This document shows positions 28,083-38,568 of a stretch of DNA of 64,000 bases, in pieces. The DNA comes from Bacteroidia bacterium (GTDB taxonomy: Bacteria > Bacteroidota > Bacteroidia > NS11-12g > UBA955): assembly GCA_044224315.1 (NCBI GenBank), contig JBGAKR010000003.1:172510-236509 (forward strand). Reading direction: 5' to 3'. The notes beneath the pieces are model-generated. The model saw nothing but the letters and a program-made list of their open reading frames with translations. It was not told the origin of the DNA and did no database searches. Every line of letters starts with the position of its first letter. The stretch's first letter is position 1. Both the position numbers and the translations under genes were made by a program.

Positions 28083-29393
28083 ATGCTACCATCCATTGAA
28101 AATCTGAATTCAATTCCTTGCGAAGACTTCGAATCCATTTTTAGAAACCTACCCGGTTTGTATTTGATATTAAATGATGAGTTTAACATTGTTGAAGTTA
28201 ATGAAGCATATGCCAGTGCCACACTTACAAAGCGAGATGAGATAATTGGGCGTAATATTTTCGACGTATTTCCTGATAATCCGCAGGATGAAACTGCCGA
28301 CGGGGTAAGAAATTTGCAGGCTTCTCTAAATTTTGTGCGCCAAAACCTTAAGTCTCATACAATGCCAATCCAGAAATATGATATACGCAGAGCAGATGGA
28401 ACTTTTGAAATTCGCTATTGGAGTCCTAAGAACTTGCCAGTAATCGGAGAAGATGGAAAATTGAAATATATTATTCACCGTGCTGAAGATGTTTCTGAAT
28501 ATATAGCTGTGCGGCAAGCCAAACTCAAAAGCGAAGAACTTACCCAGGGGCTTCAGGAGCAAGTGCAGCAAATGGAAGCGGAAATAATGCGGCATAGTAA
28601 TGAGATTAAACTCATGAACCATGAGTTGGAGGAAAAAGTAAAACAGCGTACCGAAAATCTCAGAGCCAATGAGGCCAAGCTGCAAATTCAAAACCAACAG
28701 CTGGTTAGCAAAAACAAAGAGTTAGAGCAATTTACTTACATCACCTCACACGATTTGCAGGAACCCTTGCGCACGATTGGAGCGTTTGTAAACCTTATAA
28801 AAGAAGAGTATGCCGATATATTTAACGAGAATATTCAACAATATCTGGCCTATATCGATCAATCGGCAAGCCGCATGCAGCAGCTGATTTCAGGGCTGAT
28901 GGTATACTCTAAAATTGGCCGGGACGACAACCTGGAACAGGTAGATTGCAATGCGCTTATGGAGCAGGTATTAACTGATATGGCAGCCTCATTGCAGGAA
29001 GCCAATGCCAGTGTGCGTACCCATAATTTACCAACCCTTAAAGCCCAACCAACCGAAATGAGGCAGCTTTTTCAAAATCTGCTGAGTAATGCATTGAAAT
29101 TCAGAAAAAAAGAAACCATTACAAAAATAAATATTGCTGCCGAAGAAATCCCAGAAGGTGGCTGGTGCTTTGAATTTTCGGATAACGGAATTGGAATTGA
29201 CCAAAATAACCTTGAAGAGATATTTACCATCTTTAAACGTTTACACAATCGAAACGATTATCCAGGCACAGGCATAGGCCTGGCTCACTGCAAGAAAATT
29301 GTAGAGCACCATGGCGGAGAAATCTGGGTGGAGTCTGAACTAGGAGAAGGCTGTACCTTTAAATTTACCTTAAATCCCAATTATGAAAACTGA
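28083..29393 (+). CDS. PAS-domain sensor histidine kinase (cytoplasmic; coiled-coil, HisKA and HATPase domains)
   Basis: H-box ITSHDLQEPLRTI, N/G-box ...FSDNGIGID..., HATPase GTGIGLAHCKKIVEHHGGEIWVESE. Confidence 0.8.
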   Translation: MLPSIENLNSIPCEDFESIFRNLPGLYLILNDEFNIVEVNEAYASATLTKRDEIIGRNIFDVFPDNPQDETADGVRNLQASLNFVRQNLKSHTMPIQKYDIRRADGTFEIRYWSPKNLPVIGEDGKLKYIIHRAEDVSEYIAVRQAKLKSEELTQGLQEQVQQMEAEIMRHSNEIKLMNHELEEKVKQRTENLRANEAKLQIQNQQLVSKNKELEQFTYITSHDLQEPLRTIGAFVNLIKEEYADIFNENIQQYLAYIDQSASRMQQLISGLMVYSKIGRDDNLEQVDCNALMEQVLTDMAASLQEANASVRTHNLPTLKAQPTEMRQLFQNLLSNALKFRKKETITKINIAAEEIPEGGWCFEFSDNGIGIDQNNLEEIFTIFKRLHNRNDYPGTGIGLAHCKKIVEHHGGEIWVESELGEGCTFKFTLNPNYEN

Positions 29394-29802
29394 AGAAAAA
29401 ACAACAGCCAAAGCGCTGCTAGTAGACGATGATGAAGCCAGCAATTTTATTCATAAATTGCTGCTTAACCGGTCTGGTGTGGTAAACCAGATAGACACGG
29501 CCCTGAACGGACAGGAAGCATTTACCCTGCTTTCCGACTGTTTGGAACACCTGGATAATGAACATTGTTGGCCCGATTACATTTTTCTGGACCTAAATAT
29601 GCCAGTGATGAATGGCTGGGAATTTTTGAATAAATTGAATAGCCTCATTGATAAAGCCAAGCATTTGCCCAAGATATATTTACTTACAAGCTCGGCCAAC
29701 CCTGATGATGAAGTGCGTGCCCAACAAATACCCTCGGTTACTCAATTTCTTAAAAAACCCTTAACCCTGGACCTACTCAGCCAGATTGCAGAACAAGATT
29801 AG
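29383..29802 (+). CDS. stand-alone response-regulator receiver (REC) domain protein
   Basis: LLVDDDEASNFIHKLLL...DLNMPVMNGWEF...LTSS. Overlaps the kinase gene by 11 nt. Confidence 0.75.
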   Translation: MKTEEKTTAKALLVDDDEASNFIHKLLLNRSGVVNQIDTALNGQEAFTLLSDCLEHLDNEHCWPDYIFLDLNMPVMNGWEFLNKLNSLIDKAKHLPKIYLLTSSANPDDEVRAQQIPSVTQFLKKPLTLDLLSQIAEQD

Positions 29803-29872
29803 AATTACTTGAATTCCATGTAATTTTTAGCACATTCAAAGGGCAAGGTGTGTGCTAACTTTGATGTTGCCC

Positions 29873-30154
29873 ATGAACATTGAAAAAATTAAAATTGCCA
29901 ATCTAAAATGCAGCGGCTGCGAAAACACCATAAAAAGCAGACTGGCTGAAATACCAGGTACCGATAAGGTTTTGGTTGACAGAGATGATGATTCTGTAAC
30001 TCTTTATTACACAGAGCCTGCAACCCGTGAGAATTACACCCATAAATTACACCAACTGGGTTACCCCGAAGCAACCGAGGAAAATGGTTTGTTGATGCAA
30101 TTAAAAAGTTATGCCAGTTGCATGATAGGCCGGCTCACACCCGAGGCCGATTAA
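29873..30154 (+). CDS. heavy-metal-associated (HMA) domain metallochaperone-like protein
   Basis: LKCSGCENTIKSRL is an MxCxxC-type metal-binding loop in a beta-alpha-beta-beta-alpha-beta-sized protein. The start was chosen at MNIEK. Confidence 0.45.
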   Translation: MNIEKIKIANLKCSGCENTIKSRLAEIPGTDKVLVDRDDDSVTLYYTEPATRENYTHKLHQLGYPEATEENGLLMQLKSYASCMIGRLTPEAD

Positions 30155-30244
30155 ACATTTTTTTGTTAGTTTACACTTTTATTGATTTTACAATTTAAGT
30201 GTTTTGCAGTTATGCATGCAATAAATTTATAAATTGCATGCTAC

Positions 30245-30928
30245 TTGAAAACTGCTCTTCAATATAGCCTGCGTTTTGTGCGCAATACGCTGCTTTTTGC
30301 TGCAGTTTTTACAGGTGTGTTTTTTATTTCTGAATGGATTTTGTCTCATTGCCCGGTGAATCAAAATGAGGTAAAATCTGGCGAGGTTGAAATTTTTGTA
30401 TTATCCAATGGCTTACATTCCGACCTGGTTTTTCCCATAGATAACGCAGATATGAATTGGCTTAATTTTTTCAGTTATTCGCATACCCAAAGTAAAGATA
30501 CAGGTTTTAAATATGTGGCAGTAGGCTGGGGCGATCGGGCTTTTTACCTCGAAACACCGGAATGGGACGATGTGAAATTCAGCACCGTTTTTAAAGCCAC
30601 AATCGGCATAAGCAAAGCCGCCATCCATGCCACTTTCTACAAATCCATGCAAACAGGCAAACGCTGTAAAAGCATTCATTTGAACCATACTCAATACCGC
30701 AAACTAGTTATGTACGTATTGTCATACTTAGAATTAAATCAAAAACAAACCAGGCCCTTAATTTTTCCGAAAGGATATGGAAAAAACGAGGCATTCTACG
30801 CGGCACATGGCACCTACAGTATGTTCTACTCTTGCAATACCTGGGTAAACAATGCCTTGAAAACCTGCGGCCAAAAAGCCTGTATCTGGACCATTTTTGA
30901 TTCGGGAATTTTGAATCAATACCCGTAA
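30245..30928 (+). CDS. membrane-anchored hypothetical protein (TIGR02117 / DUF2459-like)
   Basis: N-terminal transmembrane segment, then SNGLHSDLVFP...GWGDRAFYLETPEW. The family call is from memory only. Confidence 0.4.
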   Translation: MKTALQYSLRFVRNTLLFAAVFTGVFFISEWILSHCPVNQNEVKSGEVEIFVLSNGLHSDLVFPIDNADMNWLNFFSYSHTQSKDTGFKYVAVGWGDRAFYLETPEWDDVKFSTVFKATIGISKAAIHATFYKSMQTGKRCKSIHLNHTQYRKLVMYVLSYLELNQKQTRPLIFPKGYGKNEAFYAAHGTYSMFYSCNTWVNNALKTCGQKACIWTIFDSGILNQYP

Positions 30929-31030
30929 GGTTTCGAAATATTTATTAACAGTTTGCTAATTAAACAAAAATTCAAAATCATACTGTTAATTTTGATATAC
31001 AATTAAACAATTTTAAAACTGTAATAATCC

Positions 31031-32971
31031 ATGGAAAATTTATTCTATCAGTATTGGTGGGTGATTCCCATCCTGCTAAGTATTGTACTTTACAAATTCA
31101 TTCTGCGCTTTTTATTTGGGATGGTTATTGTCCCTGAAGACCGTATTGGGCTGGTAACCAAGAAATTTGTGCTTTTTGGCGAATTTAAAGAATTGCCAGA
31201 CGGCAGAATTATTGCTACTCGCGGCGAAGCTGGATTTCAAAGTAAAACCCTGGCACCTGGCCTGTATTTCTGGAAATGGGTGTGGCAATATGATGTTACC
31301 ATGGAGCATTTTACCATTATCCCCGAAGGAAAAATTGGTTTAATACTGGCCAAAGACGGAGCTGAAATCCCTACAGGGAATATTTTGGGCCAGTACGTGG
31401 ATTGTGATAACTTTCAGGATGCAACCCGGTTTTTGACAGAAGGTGGTCAGAGAGGTCGCCAAACAGCCTATGTTACTGCCGGCTCATACCGCATTAATAC
31501 CATGCTGTTTCAGGTATCTATTACCGATATGGTGCGCATACAAGAAAGCATGGTGGGTATTGTTACTACCCTGGATGGGCATCCTATAGATGCTGGTCAA
31601 ATTGCGGGTAAAATGATTGATGGGCATAACAATTTCCAGGATTTTGATACTTTCCTCAAAAATGGAGGTAATCGGGGTCTGCAACCACAAGTAATACTGG
31701 CAGGTTCGTATAACCTTAATCCATGGGCGGTGCAGATTGAAGAAATACCCATGACCGAAATTCCCATTGGATATGTGGGCGTAGTAATCTCGTACATAGG
31801 GCAGGAGGGGCATGACCTTACCGGTGCCGATTTTAAGCATGGAAACATTGTAGAAAAAGGATACAAAGGTGTGTGGCTTGAACCACTAGGGCCAGGTAAA
31901 TACCCCATTAATAAATATATAATGAAGGTTGAATTGGTGCCCACTACCAACCTTGTATTAAACTGGGCCGCAGCACGCAGTGAGGCGCATAACCTCGATA
32001 AAAATCTCTCTACCATCACCGTAAGGTCTAAAGATGGTTTCCCCTTTAATTTAGATGTGGCCCAAATTATTCATGTACCCACTACCGAAGCACCCAAAGT
32101 AATTGCACGGTTTGGCAATATGGTCAATCTGGTTTCGCAGGTACTGGAGCCCACCATTGGCAACTATTTCAGAAACTCGGCTCAGGATAGCGATGTAATT
32201 GCCTTCCTTACAACCCGGAAAGAACGCCAGGAGTCGGCCAAAGCCCATATCAAAAAAGTATTGGATGAATACAATGTTAATGCTGTTGATACCCTAATCG
32301 GCGACATTGTGCCTCCCGAATCGCTGATGAAAACCCTTACCGACAGGAAAATTGCCGAGGAACAAAAGGTTACCTACGAAACGCAGAAGAAAGCCCAGGA
32401 AACCCGGCAAGGTATGGAAAAAGAAACTGCTATTGCCGATATGCAAAAAGACATAGTAAAGGCCCAGCAAAGTGTAGAAATTGCAGAAAGAACGGCCAGT
32501 GCAACGGTTAAAAAATCGGAAGGGGATGCTGCAGGTGTTAAATTGGCGGTGGGTGCAGAAGCCGAAGCAACCAAAATGCGCGCCATAGCCGAAGCTGAGG
32601 CAACTAAAGTTAGAGCCCAGGCCGACAGTGAAGCCATAAAACTTAAATCAGCCGCACAGGCCCAGCAAATAACCTTAACCGGGGATGCAGAGGCAGGTAA
32701 AATTCTTGCAATAGGTAAATCTACCGCCGAAGCCTACGAACTTGCGGTAAAAGCACTGGGCGGAGAGAACTTTACCCGATATAAAATCACCGAAGAACTG
32801 GCCAAGGGCAATATCAAATTAATTCCCGATGTGTTAATTGGTGGAGGCAATGGTGGTGGTTCTGCCGTGGATGGTTTGCTGGGGCTCAAACTTATGGAAA
32901 TGATGGATCCGAAAGATTTAAACAATGCAAAACCCATAGTGCCCGATCCCCGACTAAAGAAACCTGAATAA
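31031..32971 (+). CDS. flotillin-family (SPFH/band-7) membrane protein
   Basis: N-terminal transmembrane segment, SPFH domain, then a long Ala/Glu/Lys-rich coiled coil (EAEATKMRAIAEAEATKVRAQADSEAIK). Confidence 0.75.
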   Translation: MENLFYQYWWVIPILLSIVLYKFILRFLFGMVIVPEDRIGLVTKKFVLFGEFKELPDGRIIATRGEAGFQSKTLAPGLYFWKWVWQYDVTMEHFTIIPEGKIGLILAKDGAEIPTGNILGQYVDCDNFQDATRFLTEGGQRGRQTAYVTAGSYRINTMLFQVSITDMVRIQESMVGIVTTLDGHPIDAGQIAGKMIDGHNNFQDFDTFLKNGGNRGLQPQVILAGSYNLNPWAVQIEEIPMTEIPIGYVGVVISYIGQEGHDLTGADFKHGNIVEKGYKGVWLEPLGPGKYPINKYIMKVELVPTTNLVLNWAAARSEAHNLDKNLSTITVRSKDGFPFNLDVAQIIHVPTTEAPKVIARFGNMVNLVSQVLEPTIGNYFRNSAQDSDVIAFLTTRKERQESAKAHIKKVLDEYNVNAVDTLIGDIVPPESLMKTLTDRKIAEEQKVTYETQKKAQETRQGMEKETAIADMQKDIVKAQQSVEIAERTASATVKKSEGDAAGVKLAVGAEAEATKMRAIAEAEATKVRAQADSEAIKLKSAAQAQQITLTGDAEAGKILAIGKSTAEAYELAVKALGGENFTRYKITEELAKGNIKLIPDVLIGGGNGGGSAVDGLLGLKLMEMMDPKDLNNAKPIVPDPRLKKPE

Positions 32972-32975
32972 TTTA

Positions 32976-33003
32976 AAAACCCGCATAATTGCGGGTTTTT
33001 TGT
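32976..33003 (+). terminator. rho-independent terminator after the flotillin gene
   Basis: aaaaacccgcataattgcgggttttttg. Confidence 0.8.
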
Positions 33004-33050
33004 TTTCTAAACTACGGTTTATATCAAAACATTTAATTTTGCTAATTCGA

Positions 33051-33488
33051 ATGAAACGTTGGATGATTTTGTTTTGCCTGATTGGTGTATTTGCAGGCTG
33101 CAGACGCGAGAAAAAACAGCATAGTGCCATTGAAGATTATGCCAAAACACATAATTTAAACGGGCAATTTACCTCATCGGGTTTGTACTATGTAATAGAA
33201 ACTGAGGGTACAGGCGGGCATCCACCTTCAACCAGCACTGTAACAGTTGAATATAAAGGTACCCTGTTGGATGGCACCCAGTTTGATGCAACACCCTTTG
33301 GCAAACCTGCCGAATTTAGCCTGGATCAGGTTATACAAGGCTGGCAGGAAGGGATTCCAAAATTTCAAAAAGGGGGGAGAGGCAAGCTCATAATTCCCAG
33401 TGCCCTTGGATATGGCAAACAAGCCCAAAATAAAATTCCGGCCAATTCGGTATTGGTTTTCGATATATATCTGATAGATTGGTACTAG
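33051..33488 (+). CDS. FKBP-type peptidyl-prolyl cis-trans isomerase, lipoprotein
   Basis: Lipobox MKRWMILFCLIGVFAGC. FKBP core YKGTLLDGTQFD...GWQEGIPKFQKGGRGKLIIPSALGYG. Confidence 0.85.
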   Translation: MKRWMILFCLIGVFAGCRREKKQHSAIEDYAKTHNLNGQFTSSGLYYVIETEGTGGHPPSTSTVTVEYKGTLLDGTQFDATPFGKPAEFSLDQVIQGWQEGIPKFQKGGRGKLIIPSALGYGKQAQNKIPANSVLVFDIYLIDWY

Positions 33489-34234
33489 AAAGCTGTGAAT
33501 CCCAGGCGTTTAAACAGCTCTTCTTTTTTGCGTCTGCTCACTTCAACCGTGCTTCCGTCCGACATTTTGAGATGCCCGCCATTGCTTTTTTCAAATGCAA
33601 CCACATGCTTGGAATTAATTAAATGTGAATGGTGCACCCTGATAAATTCGTGCGGATTCAATAATATTTCAAACTCGCCCAGGTTGCGCGATACAACCAT
33701 TTTCTTACCAGATTTTAAATACACTTCGCTATAGCGCCCCATGGCTTTCAAACGTATTATTTCCGAAATTTCAATGTATTGCATCCCATTGGATTCGGGT
33801 ATGGCTATTTTACGTTTGTTGGGCATGCCTCCCAAATTCTCTATCAGTGCAGTTAGCTGTTGATTGATATTTTTTTGCTGAATATTGTATAAAGCTTTTT
33901 CAACTGCGGTTTTAAGCTCTTTAATTTCAATGGGTTTCAGCAAATAATCTACCGCACTGACTTTAATGGCTTTTATAGCAAACTCGTTATACGCAGTTAC
34001 AAAAATCACCTGTGTTTCCATGGGTTGTATGCGTTTTAAAAGTTCAAAACCATTCTTTCCCGGCAGCGAAATATCCAGAAATAAAATATCCGGGTTCAGT
34101 AATCGCAGCAGCTTTTCACCTTCAACTATATTATCTGCCGTACCTACAATTTCTAAATTACAATAGTTTACACACAGGTGGGTGAGCAAATCACGGGCGT
34201 TGGTTTCGTCTTCTATAATTACAGCACTATTCAT
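33485..34234 (-). CDS. LytR/AlgR-family response regulator (REC plus LytTR DNA-binding domain)
   Basis: VIIEDE...DILFLDISLPGKNGFELL, then a LytTR-like C-terminus (IRVHHSHLIN). Confidence 0.85.
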   Translation of the reverse strand: MNSAVIIEDETNARDLLTHLCVNYCNLEIVGTADNIVEGEKLLRLLNPDILFLDISLPGKNGFELLKRIQPMETQVIFVTAYNEFAIKAIKVSAVDYLLKPIEIKELKTAVEKALYNIQQKNINQQLTALIENLGGMPNKRKIAIPESNGMQYIEISEIIRLKAMGRYSEVYLKSGKKMVVSRNLGEFEILLNPHEFIRVHHSHLINSKHVVAFEKSNGGHLKMSDGSTVEVSRRKKEELFKRLGFTAF

Positions 34235-37229
34235 AAATGCGCATTTTATCTTTTGTAAAAGCTAGCGGAATTTTAATTTCTGTGCGGGTGCCAGTGCGCC
34301 CTTCATATTTATCGGAAAGGTCTTCAATACTAAGTTCAATCAATATGTCGTTCATTTTATTTAAGGTAGTAATTCTCGAATTTAGCAATTCCATTCCCCT
34401 GGATTTATGCATTTGGTTTTTGTTGCTGTTTTGCTCTGTATGATTTATTCCCAGGCCATTATCCTGCACAATGCACACTAAATGGGTATCGGTTTTGTCT
34501 ATAATTAATTCAATTAAACCCCTTTTTTTGAGTGCACGCATTCCGTGGTTTACCGAATTTTCTAACAAAGGCTGTAACAGCATGGAGGGCAATTGGTACT
34601 GGGAAGTTACAATATCGGGATGAATTTGAATTTTAAACTCAAATTTATCTTCAAATCGCATTTCTTCAAGCTCCATATAATTGGTTAATAAATCCAATTC
34701 TTCGATTAAAGGGGTAAAATTATTGCGACTGTTTTCCAATAATTGCCTTATCAGCCGTGCAAAACGAGCCATGTATGCGTTTGCGGCTTCGGTTTTATGT
34801 TGAATAAAATAATTCTGAATGGCAGTTAAAGCATTGAATATAAAATGGGGATTCATTTGGGCGCGCAATGCTTGCATTTCTAGCCCGGCCATCTGTTTTT
34901 CTATACCCGATTTAAAAGCACTTTGCTGTTTAATCATAGATATTCTTTGACGGATAAATAAGTAAATTAAAATAGCCCCGATAATAATTACCAAAAAATA
35001 AAACCAAATTTGACGGTACCAGGGTTTTAAAATTGTAAATTGAAGCTGACGAATGGTACTTACTTCGCCGGTAAGCAGGTTTAAGGCCTGAACTTGAAAA
35101 GTATATTGCCCCGAATTCAAACCCAGAAAATCAACCTTATTATTGGCGGTATATACCCAATGCGAATCTAAACCCAGCACCCGATACCGGTATTCGATAT
35201 TGTCGGCGTTTTTTAATGAGATGGCAGCAAACTCAATGGAAATATTGTTTTCAGAGGGTTTTAATATTAATTTGCCTAATGTGTTATTGATTTTAAGATT
35301 TACCCATACATGGGTAATTTCAAGGCCCGGAATCTCACTAATATCAGATTGTTGTACAGGAAATCTGGCTAACCCGCGCGCGGTAGCCACAAAAATAGAA
35401 TCGTTGAGTACAATGCATGCATTCACAATATTGCTCTGAAAACCACTGGTGCTATTGAGTTTTAATATTCTAAAGTCTCCATTTGTTTTAAAATCAATCC
35501 GATTTATTCCATTGTCGGTTGAAACCCAAATTTCATTCTTGGGAGAAATGAAAAGGCTTTTAACATTAAAGGAACTAAGGCTTTTAGTAAGATTCAGAGT
35601 TTGAGAAATATTCAGAATTTGATTGCCATCTACTACAAATACACCAAACTGGGAGGTGCCTATCCAAATGCGATTTTTTGCATCCAGCTTAATATCCGTA
35701 ATGCGGGCCGAATCTAATTTGCTGTGCGTTATCCATTTTGCTGGCTGGGCTTGCTGTGTGGTTTTTTTGAAAAGGCCATTAATTGTGCCTATCCAAATAT
35801 CGCCATTGGGACTTTTGTTGATTGCCGTGCTTCTTGTCCTCCAATAAATAATATCGATTTCTCCTTTTTTTGTATCAAATACGCCAGCACCGTGTGCACA
35901 AGCAATGAGCAGTTTATTGTCCTTCAGGGTTTCTATGTCTTTGATTGAATTGAATAAATCATCATAATTAAAATATTCCAAAGTTCCGCTGCCAAGCTTC
36001 ATCGAGCCCATATAATAATCACCGCCAAAAAATAATCTATGATTCGAAATGGCCATTGCTAATGTACGGGTTGCACGCTGGTCATAAGTTTGAATCGGTA
36101 TGGATTTTAATTTCCCTTTATTAAATTCAAGCAGTGACAGATTTTCGGTTCCAATAAAAACCGTATCATTGGATGTTACAAAACAAGTGGGTACCTGGCC
36201 TTTAGTATCGAACAAAACCCCGCCAGAATTGGGTTTCATATATAATCCATTGTCTAAAGTGCTAATCCATAAATTGCCGGTTTTATCGGTATACATATGC
36301 GATACCCGCTCATTTGAAAGATTCACATTAAGGTCTATGGCCGAGTCATCTCCCTGCCATTTATAAATATCACCTTTAGAATTTTGCCAATAAAAAAAAT
36401 TATAATCGTTTGAAAATGGGCCCGTATGAAAATCATTGTTTATTCTTCGCGTTACCTTCAGCGTATCGCCGGATCGCTGCACCAGCCAATGATTTTTTTC
36501 TATGGAATTATAGCAAAAACCATAGTCTATTCCGTTTCGTTTTATTTGAATAATTTGGGTAGCGTTTCGGGTTTTTTTAATGGTTTTGCGTTGCATGGTA
36601 GATAAATTAATATAATGAGAAAAAGTATATAGAAAATCCACACCATTGAGGGTAAGTAACTGAAAATTAATTGATGGAACATCCAGGGCCCGCATGGGAA
36701 TGTCTTTGAAATTAGGATATTCAAGCAGAGTAATTTCCTCTTTTGTTACTTTAGAATCTGGTTTTGGAGGTTTTACAAAATAGAAAATTATACGTTTTGT
36801 ATGCGCATTTACGTCAAACCTGAATTCAGACAAATGGTTGAAATACCGGTTCAACAATGTATCGTTGTGCACGGTATGCAGCACATCATTATAAAAAAAA
36901 CAGGGTGCTTGTTTCCAGGTTATTACCCATAGCCGAAATTCACGGTCTTCAAAAATATAAAAGGCATCATTATCTGGCAGACCTTCTTTTACCGAGAATT
37001 TCTCAAATCGTTTCCCATCGAACCTTACCACACCGTTATCGGTACCAAACCACATAAACCCCCGATGATCTTGCACACAGGCATAAATCTTATCCGAAGG
37101 CAGCCCTTCATTGGTAGTGTAATGGCGTAAAAAAGCTTTTTGCGCATATGTCTTGCCAATGGTAGAAAGTAGCAAAAAAATGAACCCTAAAAATCTGCGC
37201 ATCATTGCAAATATATGGCCGACCCTCAA
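34227..37229 (-). CDS. sensor histidine kinase with periplasmic two-component-regulator propeller / Y_Y_Y domains and a LytS/YehU-type His_kinase plus HATPase
   Basis: 1000 aa: signal peptide, long beta-propeller repeat region, one transmembrane segment, then MNPHFIFNAL (PF06580-type H-box) and an ATPase domain. Overlaps the regulator gene by 8 nt. Confidence 0.8.
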   Translation of the reverse strand: MRVGHIFAMMRRFLGFIFLLLSTIGKTYAQKAFLRHYTTNEGLPSDKIYACVQDHRGFMWFGTDNGVVRFDGKRFEKFSVKEGLPDNDAFYIFEDREFRLWVITWKQAPCFFYNDVLHTVHNDTLLNRYFNHLSEFRFDVNAHTKRIIFYFVKPPKPDSKVTKEEITLLEYPNFKDIPMRALDVPSINFQLLTLNGVDFLYTFSHYINLSTMQRKTIKKTRNATQIIQIKRNGIDYGFCYNSIEKNHWLVQRSGDTLKVTRRINNDFHTGPFSNDYNFFYWQNSKGDIYKWQGDDSAIDLNVNLSNERVSHMYTDKTGNLWISTLDNGLYMKPNSGGVLFDTKGQVPTCFVTSNDTVFIGTENLSLLEFNKGKLKSIPIQTYDQRATRTLAMAISNHRLFFGGDYYMGSMKLGSGTLEYFNYDDLFNSIKDIETLKDNKLLIACAHGAGVFDTKKGEIDIIYWRTRSTAINKSPNGDIWIGTINGLFKKTTQQAQPAKWITHSKLDSARITDIKLDAKNRIWIGTSQFGVFVVDGNQILNISQTLNLTKSLSSFNVKSLFISPKNEIWVSTDNGINRIDFKTNGDFRILKLNSTSGFQSNIVNACIVLNDSIFVATARGLARFPVQQSDISEIPGLEITHVWVNLKINNTLGKLILKPSENNISIEFAAISLKNADNIEYRYRVLGLDSHWVYTANNKVDFLGLNSGQYTFQVQALNLLTGEVSTIRQLQFTILKPWYRQIWFYFLVIIIGAILIYLFIRQRISMIKQQSAFKSGIEKQMAGLEMQALRAQMNPHFIFNALTAIQNYFIQHKTEAANAYMARFARLIRQLLENSRNNFTPLIEELDLLTNYMELEEMRFEDKFEFKIQIHPDIVTSQYQLPSMLLQPLLENSVNHGMRALKKRGLIELIIDKTDTHLVCIVQDNGLGINHTEQNSNKNQMHKSRGMELLNSRITTLNKMNDILIELSIEDLSDKYEGRTGTRTEIKIPLAFTKDKMRIYE

Positions 37230-37349
37230 TTATTAATCTACCATTTGCAACGGCATCTCCACCACTTATTACGCGCTGAAATTCTGCAACTCTTAAATTT
37301 GTATTATGTAATATTTAAAATCAACTTGTTTTTGTAATTTGCATGCAAG

Positions 37350-38276
37350 ATGAGGTTCAGATATTTACTTCCGGTTTTAATCACGGCAATGGCGTGTGGC
37401 GGTACACAAAAAATTGGCCAAACAAAAGACAATCAAAAGTTTGAAGATTCGCTGCAAAAGCAGATTACGGATGTACTTAAGAAATATAAGGCCAAAGTAG
37501 GTGTGGCCATTATCAGTATTGAAGACCGTGATACGATTCTGATACAAAATAACCATCCATATCCTACCCAAAGTGTTTACAAATTGCCGTTGGCCCTAAC
37601 TGTGCTGCATATGGTAGACCAAGGGAAATTTACCCTAAACCAGAAAATTGAAATTAAAAAAGCAGACCTGCATCCCAATACCTGGAGCCCCTTGCGCGAT
37701 TCGTTCCCAAATGGATTAAAGGCAATGCCATTGAAAGAGTTGCTTAATTATACTGTAAGCATGAGTGATAATAATGGATGCGATATTCTATTTAATCTCA
37801 TTGGTGGAACCAAGGTGGCCGATACTTATATCAAAAGTCTGGGACTAAAAAATATTTCAATAGCAGCAACGGAGGCCGAAATGCATACAGGTTGGGAACC
37901 CCAGTTTAAAAACTGGTTTCAACCTTTGGAAATGGCCGCGCTATTAGACGGGCTCTATCAAAAAAAGTATCTGTCCGATTCGTGCAACAATGCATTGATG
38001 CAAATGCTCACACAAACAATGACAGGTCCCAAAAGAATCAGAGGATTATTGCCAACCGAAACCATTGTGGCGCATAAAACCGGCACTGGGGGCGACAATG
38101 ACCATGGACTTACTGCTGCTGTAAATGATGTAGGCATTATATCCCTGCCGAATGGTAAACATATTGCCTTGGTGGTTTTTGTTTCTGAGACATATGAAAA
38201 TATGGATACAAATGAGTTGATTATTGCCAAAGTGGCCAAAACCACCTACGACGCTTTTTTAGCCAAAAAGCCCTGA
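37350..38276 (+). CDS. class A (serine) beta-lactamase, lipoprotein
   Basis: Lipobox LITAMAC. Class A motifs S-x-x-K (TQSVYK), SDN (SMSDNNG) and KTG (HKTGTG). Confidence 0.8.
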   Translation: MRFRYLLPVLITAMACGGTQKIGQTKDNQKFEDSLQKQITDVLKKYKAKVGVAIISIEDRDTILIQNNHPYPTQSVYKLPLALTVLHMVDQGKFTLNQKIEIKKADLHPNTWSPLRDSFPNGLKAMPLKELLNYTVSMSDNNGCDILFNLIGGTKVADTYIKSLGLKNISIAATEAEMHTGWEPQFKNWFQPLEMAALLDGLYQKKYLSDSCNNALMQMLTQTMTGPKRIRGLLPTETIVAHKTGTGGDNDHGLTAAVNDVGIISLPNGKHIALVVFVSETYENMDTNELIIAKVAKTTYDAFLAKKP

Positions 38277-38568
38277 AATAAAGATATTTAATGTTCGGCT
38301 GCAGCTTAAGATTAGGCAAAATCCAGTCCAATCTGGAGAAACGAATTGCAGGCCCATGGGCGTTTTTCTGTATTTACCTCAAGTATTTGCGGAATTTTAT
38401 GTCATTACACCATTGCAAGTAGACTGCAGGTACAAATAAAGTAAATAGGTATTCAGTTCAGGATTGTTTAATACTTGCAACAGCCGCCTATTTACAGTGA
38501 TAAATGAGCAAATCCTATATGCAGGGTTGATGATAAATTATTGTTAAAAATAGAACTAAATTGCACCC

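Noticed and set aside
37230-37349. preQ1, cobalamin or other riboswitch upstream of the transporter-like genes (yhhQ-like at 2994, the TBDR-like gene at 46483)
   Set aside because: The yhhQ-like gene has no leader, since it abuts the upstream RNase gene. The TBDR-like gene has only a 111-bp leader, too short and lacking a B12-box.
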